From a virus (Duplodnaviria > Caudoviricetes), in IMG/VR virus record IMGVR_UViG_2124908035_000001, positions 1 to 55,349 of that record: a stretch of 55,349 bases of DNA; one strand, written 5' to 3'. Below the pieces are notes generated by a model that saw only the letters and a program-made list of their open reading frames with translations, was not told where the DNA came from and did no database searches. Both the position numbers and the translations under genes were made by a program. Of this stretch, positions 17,964 to 27,168 are shown one piece after another. The number at the start of each line of letters is the position of its first letter. Position 1 is the first letter of the stretch.

Positions 17964-18254
17964 ATGAAATCCAAAATACGAACATCGCATCTCGCGCCGT
18001 TACGCCTGCTGCCATGTGCCGCTGACAAATGCCAGGAGTGCGCCGTAAAGCATGACGTTTCAGATCCGCACAATCAGCAGAGTTTGCACTATCAATACCA
18101 TTTTTACGCCGAACATGGGCGATGGCCGACTTGGCACGACGCCATGGCCCACTGCACTGAAAAAATAAAGCAATACTGGCTGGAAGAGCTTGCGCGGATG
18201 GGCGCGTTACCAGCATCCGAAGGGAAGAAAGAGGCGAGGGGAAAGAAACCGTAG
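17964..18254 (+). CDS. Cassette cargo hypothetical protein
   Basis: GGAG RBS; CQECA..H...PHN...GRWPTW.DAMAHC; stop lies inside the right-end repeat. Confidence 0.7.
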   Translation: MKSKIRTSHLAPLRLLPCAADKCQECAVKHDVSDPHNQQSLHYQYHFYAEHGRWPTWHDAMAHCTEKIKQYWLEELARMGALPASEGKKEARGKKP

Positions 18255-18272
18255 GTTTCGTTCCACTCAGGT
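18220..18272 (+). repeat. Cassette right-end repeat (site C)
   Basis: 51/53 nt identical to 857-909. Confidence 0.9.
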
Positions 18273-18299
18273 GCGATCAATGAAACTAGGCGTCAGGCT

Positions 18300-18500
18300 G
18301 TGAACCCGCTTTGCCAACAAGTCCAGGTAGCCGCCATAGTGTGTCTTGCCGGGGCCTACGTCTCATGGTTTCCGTTTGCGATCCGGCAACGTCACATGCC
18401 CAAAATCTTGAAGTGGTCCGCTATCGCCCTGGTGACGGTTGCAATCCTTCTGACAGCCTTCGGGATGCCCTGGTACTGCCAAGCGTGCAAGATTCGATAA
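18300..18500 (+). CDS. Small two-TM protein
   Basis: Hydrophobic segments. Confidence 0.45.
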   Translation: MNPLCQQVQVAAIVCLAGAYVSWFPFAIRQRHMPKILKWSAIALVTVAILLTAFGMPWYCQACKIR

Positions 18501-18627
18501 AGTATGAAATACCTGATCGGAGCAGCCGGGGCTGTCGTAGTTTACCTGATATTCTGTTTTGTGAGAGCGTTACGGATGTTGTGGCTCCAAGAGGACGAGA
18601 TGGAGCGGAGATATTTCAAGAGGACTT

Positions 18628-18930
18628 ATGGAAGAAACGAAGAATCCGAAGCAGGACGCACCGATTCAAGTCACCGTTGAGCAGTTGAAAACAGCGGTCG
18701 AAGCCTTTGACCTGCTGATGCCGTCCGAGATCGAGGCGGCGTATCAAACCATGCTCCAGGTACCGGAGTTGGGAGTACGGATCGCCCAAGCTCTGCAAGG
18801 CGCGATAGTTGCAGCAAGGAAGGCCGGGAAGCCCCAAGGAGCCGTACTCGACGCGGCCATTCTGCCGGCGTTCCTCGTGGGACTCCTGGCGGGAATCTCC
18901 CAGTCTCAGAAATCCGTGATTATCGCTTGA
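18628..18930 (+). CDS. Hypothetical protein
   Basis: GAGGA RBS. Confidence 0.55.
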   Translation: MEETKNPKQDAPIQVTVEQLKTAVEAFDLLMPSEIEAAYQTMLQVPELGVRIAQALQGAIVAARKAGKPQGAVLDAAILPAFLVGLLAGISQSQKSVIIA

Positions 18931-18955
18931 CAGCCAGAAACACCAAACGCATACT
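18927..18955 (+). promoter_or_regulatory. Promoter TTGACA-N17-CATACT
   Basis: Consensus match. Confidence 0.7.
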
Positions 18956-18975
18956 CATTGAGGAGGACCGCAGAA

Positions 18976-19245
18976 ATGTTCAAGATCGAAGTTGCCGATG
19001 AGGGCTACCAGCTTACGGGGCCAAACGGCGAAGAATCGGGAGTCACCGAATACGGCGAAACGGCCGAGATCGAAGTAGACGGCAAGACGTATGAAGTCTG
19101 CGTCGAGGACAAAGAATCGGCCATGACCGAAGAGACGACGATCTATCTGGTTATGGACGAAGCTCCGAGTGTCGAGACAGTCGAGTTCGACCTGGACGAA
19201 GAGGAAGACGAAGAAGACGACGAGGACGAAGAAGTCCCGGCGTAA
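18976..19245 (+). CDS. Highly acidic 89-aa protein
   Basis: GAGGAGG RBS; about 34 D/E against 3 K and no R. Confidence 0.75.
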   Translation: MFKIEVADEGYQLTGPNGEESGVTEYGETAEIEVDGKTYEVCVEDKESAMTEETTIYLVMDEAPSVETVEFDLDEEEDEEDDEDEEVPA

Positions 19246-19407
19246 CGGTTCACGGCCCCAAGTGCTGACGCGATTACGCACCTCGCATGGGGATTCAGTC
19301 CATACTCTCAGGTTCATTACCGAGAGGGGACCTAACCCAGAGATCCCGCACCGCCAGGGTAAGGCGGGTGAGGGGCCAATAAATTTGAAAGAAAGAGGCA
19401 ACCTGCA

Positions 19408-20385
19408 ATGCCACAAATTCTAGACGTGAAAGGCGCGGCCCGCGCCAATTCCTACATGCTCCCGGTTGAAGCCTTGAACGCCGGCGAGAACTCGCGCAAG
19501 ATCCCCGACACCGACGTAGCGGACATGGTTCAAGACATCTTGGTCCGCGGTCAACTTCAACCCATCCTGGTCCAGTGGAACACCGATAGCCAACTGGAGA
19601 TCGTAGACGGGCACCGGCGTGTACTGGCAATCACCAAGATCAACGCCGATCTGAACCTCAACGCCGGAGTTACGCTCAAGGTCGAATGCAAACGGTTCTC
19701 AGGCAAGCCCGAGGACAGCTTCGCGGCATCAGTTGCGGCCAATCTCAAGCGCAAAGACCTGAGTCCCATCGACCGGGCCTACGACATCCTCATGCTTGAG
19801 AAACAGGGCAAGACCCGTCAGGAGATTGCCAAACTCATGGGAATCTCCGAGCCGCTCATCAGCCGGAGCTTGAAACTTCCGAAGTTGCCGGCCGCCATCC
19901 AACGGAAGGTCCATACAGGGGAGATCGCCGCCGAGACGGCCTACGAACTGGCCGACATGAAACCGGAGGATCGGGCCAAAGCGATGGAGCCGACGCCGGC
20001 CGAGACAAATACCGCCGCTCCTGAAACGCATTTTGAGGCTCCTGAAGCGCATTTCGAGACGCCCGGTACGCCTATCGGGGCACCTGAAACGCATATTCCG
20101 ACAGCGGAACCGCATCAAAAGCCAACCAAACCGGCGAAAGTGACCCGTGAGCGAATCCGTCAAGTGAAACGCGACAAAGCAGAACGCGGCGAAGAGACCC
20201 AAGGTCCGACAGGGCGCAGCCGCAAGGAAATCCGCACCCAGTTCGAAGACTGGGCCAAGCGCGACGACCAGACCATCGAAGAGTCTATCCAGAAGCTCTG
20301 TGCAGCCATCGTAAAGTTTATCGACGGCGATATCGGAGAGCGGGCGATTCTCACCAGAATGCGGGAGTTGAAAGAGGGGGAGTAG
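19408..20385 (+). CDS. ParB/Spo0J-like protein
   Basis: GQLQPILV..IVDGHRRVLA..NLKRKDLSPIDRA plus HTH; no ParA in the window. Confidence 0.85.
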   Translation: MPQILDVKGAARANSYMLPVEALNAGENSRKIPDTDVADMVQDILVRGQLQPILVQWNTDSQLEIVDGHRRVLAITKINADLNLNAGVTLKVECKRFSGKPEDSFAASVAANLKRKDLSPIDRAYDILMLEKQGKTRQEIAKLMGISEPLISRSLKLPKLPAAIQRKVHTGEIAAETAYELADMKPEDRAKAMEPTPAETNTAAPETHFEAPEAHFETPGTPIGAPETHIPTAEPHQKPTKPAKVTRERIRQVKRDKAERGEETQGPTGRSRKEIRTQFEDWAKRDDQTIEESIQKLCAAIVKFIDGDIGERAILTRMRELKEGE

Positions 20386-20390
20386 CCGCC

Positions 20391-20660
20391 GTGGAAGCAA
20401 ACGAAACGACAATCCGCTGTAGAGTCTGCGGCTCGGCACTTGGCACTTGCCCGAGGCAGGATGTTGAAAGAGCCATCGGAGCGGCAGGTTGGATACGAAC
20501 TCCAATGATAACCGTGTGCGCCGCTTGTTCCGTGTGGTTACGAGCCGCACTCGGAATTGTTCAAACACGCTACGAACGCATCGGGATGGAGGCATTGAAG
20601 CAGGCGGCCCAGACTCAGGCGGCCTTGAATAAGCTTCTCACAGACGCGTGGCCAATATGA
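20391..20660 (+). CDS. Zn-binding hypothetical protein
   Basis: CRVC...AGW....CAAC. Confidence 0.55.
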   Translation: MEANETTIRCRVCGSALGTCPRQDVERAIGAAGWIRTPMITVCAACSVWLRAALGIVQTRYERIGMEALKQAAQTQAALNKLLTDAWPI

Positions 20661-20679
20661 TAGCGTTTCGATTCTAAAA

Positions 20680-20766
20680 GCTCGCCCCTCTCCGTAAACT
20701 TCATCGGCCGGAGGGGAGCAGGGGGCCGGTCGGTTCTCTCCAAAGTACCGCAGACCGGCCCCTTTA
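20680..20766. terminator. Hairpins between convergent transcription units
   Basis: aggggccggtc...gaccggcccct followed by tt, plus an upstream GC hairpin. Confidence 0.55.
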
Positions 20767-20777
20767 CCTCACAACTT

Positions 20778-22622
20778 CTACGCCGGAGTGCCCTTCCCTT
20801 TTCCCTTCGCTTTCTCCTGAGCCGCGACTATTGGAGGCAGAGCCGGTTCCTCCGCTTGCACGAAGGCCGCGCCCTCTTCCGAATCCTCTTCCGCGAGAAT
20901 TGCATCGGCGTTCAGGAAGTCATCGACAAATTGCGAAGCTCGCTCGGGAATCTGCGAGATCACCTGTCCGATGGGAGGATATGCTAGGAGCCATCCCATG
21001 ATCGTATCTTTGCCCCGCTCCCGGATCACGTCGTATCCGGTTCGGCCGTGCAACGCCATCAGAGCTTCGGCGAAGTCCGCGCCAGACTTTTCGGGATCGT
21101 TCAGAAACGTCAGAAATGGTCTCTCGATCTGCCGGAGCATACCGAGGATGATCGGGTTCATGGGCTCTCCTTGAGGCTGCGGTTGCGGATTCGGGGCCGG
21201 CATACCTTCCATTCCAGCAGGAGCGGCTTCTACTATGGGCATAGCTCCAGGCCCCAAGGGTATACCCTGCCCGGTTCGAGCTACCGCCAGATTATGAGTC
21301 ATGGCGACGGCCTGCATTCCGATAGACGGAAGCACCTTGAATGCCTCTCCGGCCAGTTGCATCCAGACTGGGATTTTCTCTTCGCGCTCCGGTTCATCGG
21401 AATCGGAACCGCCCGAGACTCCCAGGAATCTTTGCAACTTCTCCTTCATGCCGATCATCTTTTCAAGACTGGCCATGAAGTCGTCGGGCTTCGCTCCGCC
21501 CGCTGTTTCCGTTGCTGGAGCCGCCCGACTGACAGAGAGCGCCTTGATCTGTTCCATGAGCATGTTCATCATGGTCGATTGCAAGGCATCTCCACGGGCC
21601 ATGAGCGAAGTGACGAGCGCGGTCAGGTCTTGAGCCGGAGCCATGTGAGCAACCTCTGTCGGCTTCGGCGTAATCTTCTGAACCAGGTCGATGAGCTGCG
21701 TCAGCATCCCGAGACTTTGGGCCGGGTTCTGCGCCTCCGTGGCGGCCGTTGCTCTGGCAGCGATTCCATCGGCTTCGGCTTTCGCCTTGGCAACGATAGC
21801 ATCAGCCTGCGCCGTGACGGTTTCTTTCCCCAGGTCCATGCCCTGTTTGAAAACGTCACGCGCCATATCCATGGCCGCCTTGGCGGTATCCGCCGCACCC
21901 GGTTGTGGTTGAGCCTGTACGGGCTCCGGTTTCCGCTCAATGAGCTTCGTTGTCAATCTGTCGATCGTGCCCGTCAGGGCTTCTGTCGCTTCTGCTTGTG
22001 CCAATGCATTCTCCCCAGGCATGAGGCCCTTTTGTCTGAGACTTTCAATGAAGGATTGGTTGGTAGGATCGTCCATCACCAACTCGTCCATGTTTTCTAT
22101 CACAGGCGGATAATCGGCGTCCCGAAGATCCGCAATCATGGTCTGTCCGACGCTTTTGCTCGATCCCGCCGAATCGTTCAGGATGAGCTTGTAATTCCCA
22201 GAGCCGTAGCGGTGCAGCATCTCTTGACGCCACAGAGCCGCGTCTGGAAACGCCTTGTCCATCTTGTCGCTGTACTTGTAGGCTTCGGGGTCGATCTTCT
22301 GACGGTCGATCCGGGGCCAGGTCCGATAGACGTAGACCGTCCCACGATTCGGAAACTGCGAATCGACCTCCGCCCAGTATTTGAAAAACGAGTTTGGGTC
22401 CATCGAAAACTTCGGAGGACTCGGAAGGGGGGTATATCCTGGTTTTTGGGCCAGAGGAATGCGCCTACCTTGCACCAACATCGAGTTTGTATCGTCCAGC
22501 GGTGTTTCAGCACGCGAAGGCGGCGGATCGGATCGTTTCAACTTCTTCCGAGCGCTTCTGACAACGGCCGCCGGCGGTTTCGCGCCTAGTTCGGACGCAT
22601 CTTTCACTTCAATTTCAGTCAA
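20778..22622 (-). CDS. Large helical hypothetical protein divergent from the virion operon
   Basis: AGGAGG RBS before TTG; 614 aa, Ala/Met/Gln-rich helical middle. Confidence 0.85.
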   Translation of the reverse strand: MTEIEVKDASELGAKPPAAVVRSARKKLKRSDPPPSRAETPLDDTNSMLVQGRRIPLAQKPGYTPLPSPPKFSMDPNSFFKYWAEVDSQFPNRGTVYVYRTWPRIDRQKIDPEAYKYSDKMDKAFPDAALWRQEMLHRYGSGNYKLILNDSAGSSKSVGQTMIADLRDADYPPVIENMDELVMDDPTNQSFIESLRQKGLMPGENALAQAEATEALTGTIDRLTTKLIERKPEPVQAQPQPGAADTAKAAMDMARDVFKQGMDLGKETVTAQADAIVAKAKAEADGIAARATAATEAQNPAQSLGMLTQLIDLVQKITPKPTEVAHMAPAQDLTALVTSLMARGDALQSTMMNMLMEQIKALSVSRAAPATETAGGAKPDDFMASLEKMIGMKEKLQRFLGVSGGSDSDEPEREEKIPVWMQLAGEAFKVLPSIGMQAVAMTHNLAVARTGQGIPLGPGAMPIVEAAPAGMEGMPAPNPQPQPQGEPMNPIILGMLRQIERPFLTFLNDPEKSGADFAEALMALHGRTGYDVIRERGKDTIMGWLLAYPPIGQVISQIPERASQFVDDFLNADAILAEEDSEEGAAFVQAEEPALPPIVAAQEKAKGKGKGTPA

Positions 22623-22710
22623 TCGAGACCTCCTGATGTTGAATTTTCGCTACAGTTGGCAACCATGCGGGCTCTTGTGGTGGGCAAAGCATCGAACTGA
22701 TAATTAGTAA

Positions 22711-22751
22711 TTAGTAGTCCATTTGACGGCCCGTGTCAAGTGTGGCACAAT
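22711..22751. promoter_or_regulatory. Overlapping divergent promoters
   Basis: Plus strand TTGACG-N17-CACAAT; minus strand TTGACA-N17-TACTAA; TTGAC-N7-GTCAA inverted repeat. Confidence 0.5.
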
Positions 22752-22808
22752 TCAGGCTCCGATGCACCCGTAAACGAAGAGCACCCCCATGAGCGACTGA
22801 AACGGCCC

Positions 22809-23477
22809 ATGCTGCCAGCAAACCTCAACTGGGAGGCCCAGCTAACCGGGGACGATCCCGACGAGCAGGTCGAAGCCACTATCGAGATGATGGCGCGGTA
22901 CGTCCGTGAGGACGCATCCTCTATAGAGGTACAGCAGGCGGCCCGCGAAGCATCCCAATCGGAAGCCGATCCCATCGAAGGCGTCTTCCAATACGTCAAG
23001 CGCCTGATCCGCTTCCAGTCCGACGAGCACACCGCCCAGCCTCTTGAGAGCCATCTCGTCAAGATTGGGCTTGGAGACTATCCCGTCATCGAAGTGCTGA
23101 TTCGGCCCCGCGACATGCTCAGTTGGCAAAAGGATACCGGCACACGGCAAGTGGGCGACTGCGACGACTTCGCCATGTTGACGGCCGCGCTTCTGATCGC
23201 ATTGGGAATTGACGCGAGCTTCGTCACCGTGGCAGCCGATCCCCGCCAACCAAACGCGGACTCCCACGTCTATGTTGCAGCCTACCAGCAAGGAAACCGC
23301 ATCCCGCTCGACACCTCGCATGGGGAATATCCCGGTTGGGAAGTCCAGTATGTGACCAGGCGCAGAGAGTGGCCGATCAAGACCGGGTACCGCGGGCTCA
23401 TCATTGCAGGCTTGGTGATCTGGGCGCTCCTCTCGAATTGGTCGAAGTTCAAAACCTGGAAATGGAGAACGTCATGA
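22809..23477 (+). CDS. Transglutaminase-like Cys protease with C-terminal TM anchor (putative maturation protease)
   Basis: GDCDD (Cys), SHVYV (His), LDTS (Asp) triad; first gene of the late operon. Confidence 0.85.
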   Translation: MLPANLNWEAQLTGDDPDEQVEATIEMMARYVREDASSIEVQQAAREASQSEADPIEGVFQYVKRLIRFQSDEHTAQPLESHLVKIGLGDYPVIEVLIRPRDMLSWQKDTGTRQVGDCDDFAMLTAALLIALGIDASFVTVAADPRQPNADSHVYVAAYQQGNRIPLDTSHGEYPGWEVQYVTRRREWPIKTGYRGLIIAGLVIWALLSNWSKFKTWKWRTS

Positions 23478-23884
23478 TAAACTGTCGGCCGCCATGTAGG
23501 AGCTTGGGATTGGGAAACTTGGGTGTTTGTTTGCAGTATGACGAATCCGGCAACTGCACGATATCCGAGATGGATACCCCGGCGACACCAACTCCGGCGG
23601 CGTCCACCGGGTTCAACTGGGACTCCTGGGTAGCCAGCCTGATTGGAGGCGCCGCCAAGACCACCGAGGGAATTCTCACGGCCCAGAACCAAACCAAGGG
23701 AGTCTACACCCAGACCGGGCCCAACGGAACCATCACGTATGTGCAACCGAGCGGGAACGCGGCCAATATCTTTGGAGCCAGTTCGACGGGGATTACGGGA
23801 TCGGCTACCGGGAGTTCTAGCATGGGGCTCATTCTGGTTGGCGGAGCGGCGCTGCTCCTGGTCTTCTTGGTGGCACGCAAGTAA
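23474..23884 (+). CDS. Tail-anchored membrane virion protein
   Basis: LGLGNLG leader; C-terminal LILVGGAALLLVFLVARK. Confidence 0.75.
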   Translation: MINCRPPCRSLGLGNLGVCLQYDESGNCTISEMDTPATPTPAASTGFNWDSWVASLIGGAAKTTEGILTAQNQTKGVYTQTGPNGTITYVQPSGNAANIFGASSTGITGSATGSSSMGLILVGGAALLLVFLVARK

Positions 23885-23914
23885 TTCCAATGCGCACGCA
23901 TCCCAATACGCCGC

Positions 23915-23968
23915 AACCTGAAGGGAACGAAACCCGGCGGTTTCTTTCCCTTCCAACCCTTTCTTCCC
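23915..23968 (-). repeat. Diverged copy of the end-repeat (site F, 4-nt spacer)
   Basis: Reverse complement reads gggaagaaaggg...gaaagaaaccgccgggtttcgtt...caggtt. Confidence 0.7.
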
Positions 23969-23984
23969 CGACTGGAGGCCGCTG

Positions 23985-24173
23985 ATGCTTGCCGGAATAG
24001 CGCAGCATCTTTCAAGGCTCTGTGATGCTCTCTATGCGTGCGCGTACTGTGGTTCAACAATCTTCGGGAAAGACCTGCACGTAGCGGCATACGAGGCTGA
24101 CAATATTACCGGGTTGGTGAAGTTCGATTGCCGCTGCGGTGGTGTGCTTGAGCCAATCGAGGTAGAACGATGA
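23985..24173 (+). CDS. Small Zn-ribbon protein
   Basis: GGAGG RBS; CAYC...CRCGG. Confidence 0.5.
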   Translation: MLAGIAQHLSRLCDALYACAYCGSTIFGKDLHVAAYEADNITGLVKFDCRCGGVLEPIEVER

Positions 24174-24664
24174 CACTTGGAACCAGAGTCTCCAAGTTGG
24201 GGTATTCACTGCGAACAAAGATGGTGGACCACTTGGGGCGCAAGCGGAAATACAGAACGTCGCCAGCGCAAGGCAGCGGCCCAGTCAACTACTTCGATTC
24301 AGCAAACTCCCTGAGAAACTGGGTTTCAAGAGTTGAGAGAGATCGTGTGTCGTTTGCGGCGAACCCCACCGGCGTCCGCTCCCAAGGCCGTGTAGCCAAA
24401 TACTTCGTGTTCAAACAAGGATCTTCCACGGCTCTAGGTGGATGGAGCACCAGGGAGCAGGCAGAGAAGACAGCGCGAATTTACGCCACCGGGAGCGGTA
24501 GCACCTTTGTAGTAAGAGCCGGCGGTAGTGGGAAGTCAAAGTTGCTGTTCACGGCCAGACCGGCACATGCGAACCCCGGCCCCTCCGCCATCCCCGCCAG
24601 GTGGACGCCGGCCACGGTCTCACGCAAAGGCGGGCAGATTCAGATTCGGATGGGAGGACGGTAG
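24170..24664 (+). CDS. Basic NP-segmented protein
   Basis: AANP and HANP separate short modules. Confidence 0.7.
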   Translation: MTLGTRVSKLGYSLRTKMVDHLGRKRKYRTSPAQGSGPVNYFDSANSLRNWVSRVERDRVSFAANPTGVRSQGRVAKYFVFKQGSSTALGGWSTREQAEKTARIYATGSGSTFVVRAGGSGKSKLLFTARPAHANPGPSAIPARWTPATVSRKGGQIQIRMGGR

Positions 24665-24666
24665 TC

Positions 24667-25050
24667 ATGGCGACAAAGGGAAATTGGAAGGTGTACATAT
24701 ACGGTGTGCCGATGCGCTTGAATGATCCGCTCGTGCGCCGGTATACGCGTCTAAGTGCCGCCCGTGCTGCCGTCAAGCGGTTTGTGGCCCAAGGGAAAAG
24801 GGCGGAGGTGGCGAACGATCCTATTGAAGAACGGTCGGCGTCGGAAAACCCCGCCGGCATCCGCGCCCAGGTCCGACGCCTGCCCTCCGGCCAGATCCAA
24901 CTGAAGATCCCCATCGGGAAGTCCGAGAACCCGCACTCCGTCATCGAGCAGTTGAAGCGCGTGTTCGGGAAGCGGGTCAAGGCGGTAGAGATGGTCCACG
25001 GAACGAAAGCGCGAAGAACAAGGAAACCCGCATCGAAGCGCAAACAGTAA
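24667..25050 (+). CDS. Basic NP-segmented protein
   Basis: SENP twice; GQIQL motif shared with the upstream ORF. Confidence 0.7.
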   Translation: MATKGNWKVYIYGVPMRLNDPLVRRYTRLSAARAAVKRFVAQGKRAEVANDPIEERSASENPAGIRAQVRRLPSGQIQLKIPIGKSENPHSVIEQLKRVFGKRVKAVEMVHGTKARRTRKPASKRKQ

Positions 25051-25775
25051 TGGCCTCCTACTCTATATCGCCGGTCTCAACTCCATGGGGCAATGGGGGC
25101 GTTACGCCCGGCATGGGTAGGCTCGGAGCCGACGCCGCTTCGATTGTCCAAAGCGCTGGGAGCATCGCCAGTGCGGCAATCCCTGCAACTGTTGCGATTA
25201 GCCACTTGACCGTGTTTGGATTAACAGCCGCTATGACGGTACCCGTTATTGGTGCCATCGTCGCGGGCATCACTCTGGCCCTGGTGGCCATCTTCAGCCG
25301 CAAGGGTCCAAAGCAGAAGGTCGCTACCACCGAGATCGTTAACAAGATCGAACCGCTCCTGCAGCAGAATCTCTCGGGCTACATGGCCGGTCCTCACACC
25401 GTATCCTCGCGGGCTCAGGCCCTAGCCAACTTCGATGCTGGTTGGGCTTACGTCAACCAGTATTGTGACATCCCGGAAATGGGGAACCCAGGACAAGCCT
25501 GCGTGAGCGATCGGCAAGCAGGATCCTGCGTGTGGAAGGACTCCACGTCTCAATGTTGGAACTGGTTTGTCGGCTACCGCGACCCAATTGCTAACGACCC
25601 CAATGTCGTACCCGATCCAACGATGGTGGACACGGCCGGAAACCTCATCGACTCCATCACGGGTGGATTGTTCACCGACCCGAGCGCGGGAGGCACAAGC
25701 AGCGGGATGGGATGGTTGCTGTTGGCCGGCGGGGTTTTGATTCTGGCATTCTCTTTTGGGGGTGGCAAGAAATGA
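25050..25775 (+). CDS. Membrane virion protein
   Basis: GMGRLG leader; internal and C-terminal TM segments. Confidence 0.75.
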   Translation: MASYSISPVSTPWGNGGVTPGMGRLGADAASIVQSAGSIASAAIPATVAISHLTVFGLTAAMTVPVIGAIVAGITLALVAIFSRKGPKQKVATTEIVNKIEPLLQQNLSGYMAGPHTVSSRAQALANFDAGWAYVNQYCDIPEMGNPGQACVSDRQAGSCVWKDSTSQCWNWFVGYRDPIANDPNVVPDPTMVDTAGNLIDSITGGLFTDPSAGGTSSGMGWLLLAGGVLILAFSFGGGKK

Positions 25776-26431
25776 TGCTGACGATACACCCTGGTCTTGC
25801 CAACCTCGGCGCGGAACCGTCGCCCTGGATCAATCAGGCGAATTCGGCCGATTACGCCGCAATGGATGCCTACGTTGCCGCGATTGTGGACTCCTTGCAC
25901 GCAAAGGGATACCCTTCCGCCACGGCAACAAAAGAAGTTGATAGCGGTGGTAGCGTCACCCAGTCTGGCTACAACACGTCTCCCAACATCAGCTTTGACC
26001 CCTACTACTGGGATATCCAAATCCCAAACGGCGGGGCGATGGTGACAGTAGCAAGATGGAAGGATTATACCGGCGGAGACCCCGTAGCGGCGGCCGACGC
26101 GATGATTAGCACCGCTGTCTCGAATGCGTCGATACCGTCCACCGCCCCAGAGCCCGAGATAGTGCTGGACGCCTCCAACTCCTACATCTGGCCGGATGGT
26201 GCATGGCGACTGAAGAAGTACGGTGTGCCCCCGTCAACCGGAACTGCGCTCATTCAAGGGGGACCAGTTGGCTCTGGGACCAACCCAACCGGAGCCGGTA
26301 CAGTGGCAGATTCCATTGTGAACCAAGTCTCCTCCGTCGTCTCCGCAGCCGGGCTGTCCTCCATCCCCACATGGGCTTGGCTTGCCGGCGGCGCCGCAGC
26401 CCTGTACTTCTTCATGGGGAGGGGCAAGTGA
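25772..26431 (+). CDS. Tail-anchored protein, paralog of 46573-47193
   Basis: GLANLG leader; WAWLAGGAAALYFFMGRGK tail. Confidence 0.75.
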   Translation: MMLTIHPGLANLGAEPSPWINQANSADYAAMDAYVAAIVDSLHAKGYPSATATKEVDSGGSVTQSGYNTSPNISFDPYYWDIQIPNGGAMVTVARWKDYTGGDPVAAADAMISTAVSNASIPSTAPEPEIVLDASNSYIWPDGAWRLKKYGVPPSTGTALIQGGPVGSGTNPTGAGTVADSIVNQVSSVVSAAGLSSIPTWAWLAGGAAALYFFMGRGK

Positions 26432-26670
26432 ACGGCATCGGAATCCTCGATACCGACCTTTGCATGTGGGCCGCCACGGCTACTCCGCAGATGGTGGAGG
26501 ATGCCCCGTACATCTTGGGCCACCCGGTTGTGAAGGCCAAGCCTAACTCGATTCTGACTCCTCCCGCAGACGCCGGCATTCTCGCCCGTGTCAATTGCTG
26601 GGTGGATGATAACCCGATTCTGGCTGGCATCCTGATTGCCGCTGGCTACCTAACGTTGAGGAAAAAGTAA
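26428..26670 (+). CDS. Small tail-anchored protein
   Basis: GTGA overlap; GIG leader; TM followed by RKK. Confidence 0.65.
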   Translation: MNGIGILDTDLCMWAATATPQMVEDAPYILGHPVVKAKPNSILTPPADAGILARVNCWVDDNPILAGILIAAGYLTLRKK

Positions 26671-27161
26671 TGGACAAGAACACTCTCATCAAGTGGGCTC
26701 TGATCGCCGGCGCGGCATATCTGGTCTACCGCTACGCCGTGGCCCAAGGATGGATTGGTGGCACCGCCGCCATTGTTGCCCCGAGCGGTGGAGGAGTTCA
26801 ACCCGATACGGGAGCGGCCCCAGTAGTCGTGTCTCCGCCCACCACAGTCACGGCCGCACAGATTGCAGCGTCCCTACAAGCCATCCCTGGTTTCATGTAC
26901 TGGGGACCGGATCCCAATTCCGTTACGCCCGGCGCTAATACTCAGGACGGCTACCACTGGAACTTCTTTTGGAAACTTGCCAGTCTGTACAACGGCCGAG
27001 ACGCCGGGCCCGCGGAAGTGGCTGCGAGCGATAACGAGCAGATGACCTTGGCCGACTATAGCCAGCGGGTGTACAACCTGTTCTTCGCCCCTACGGGAGT
27101 TTCCGGTTTGAGCCTGATGCGTCTGCCTTCGCCGGCTTTCGCTTCGGCCTGGAAGATGTGA
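26670..27161 (+). CDS. N-terminally anchored membrane protein
   Basis: WALIAGAAYLVYRY; GVSGLS near the C-terminus. Confidence 0.7.
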   Translation: MDKNTLIKWALIAGAAYLVYRYAVAQGWIGGTAAIVAPSGGGVQPDTGAAPVVVSPPTTVTAAQIAASLQAIPGFMYWGPDPNSVTPGANTQDGYHWNFFWKLASLYNGRDAGPAEVAASDNEQMTLADYSQRVYNLFFAPTGVSGLSLMRLPSPAFASAWKM

Positions 27162-27168
27162 GGGCACC

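Noticed and set aside
20010-20100. APETHFE-like 21-bp repeats in parB
   Set aside because: Short low-complexity linker duplication with no sign of a separate function.
21048-22589. 513-aa plus-strand ORF
   Set aside because: Antisense shadow of 20778-22622, which has a good RBS and protein-like composition.
24510-24545. AGGSGKS as the Walker A of a packaging ATPase
   Set aside because: It lies in a 164-aa basic protein with no Walker B or ATPase-sized domain, so it is a chance match.
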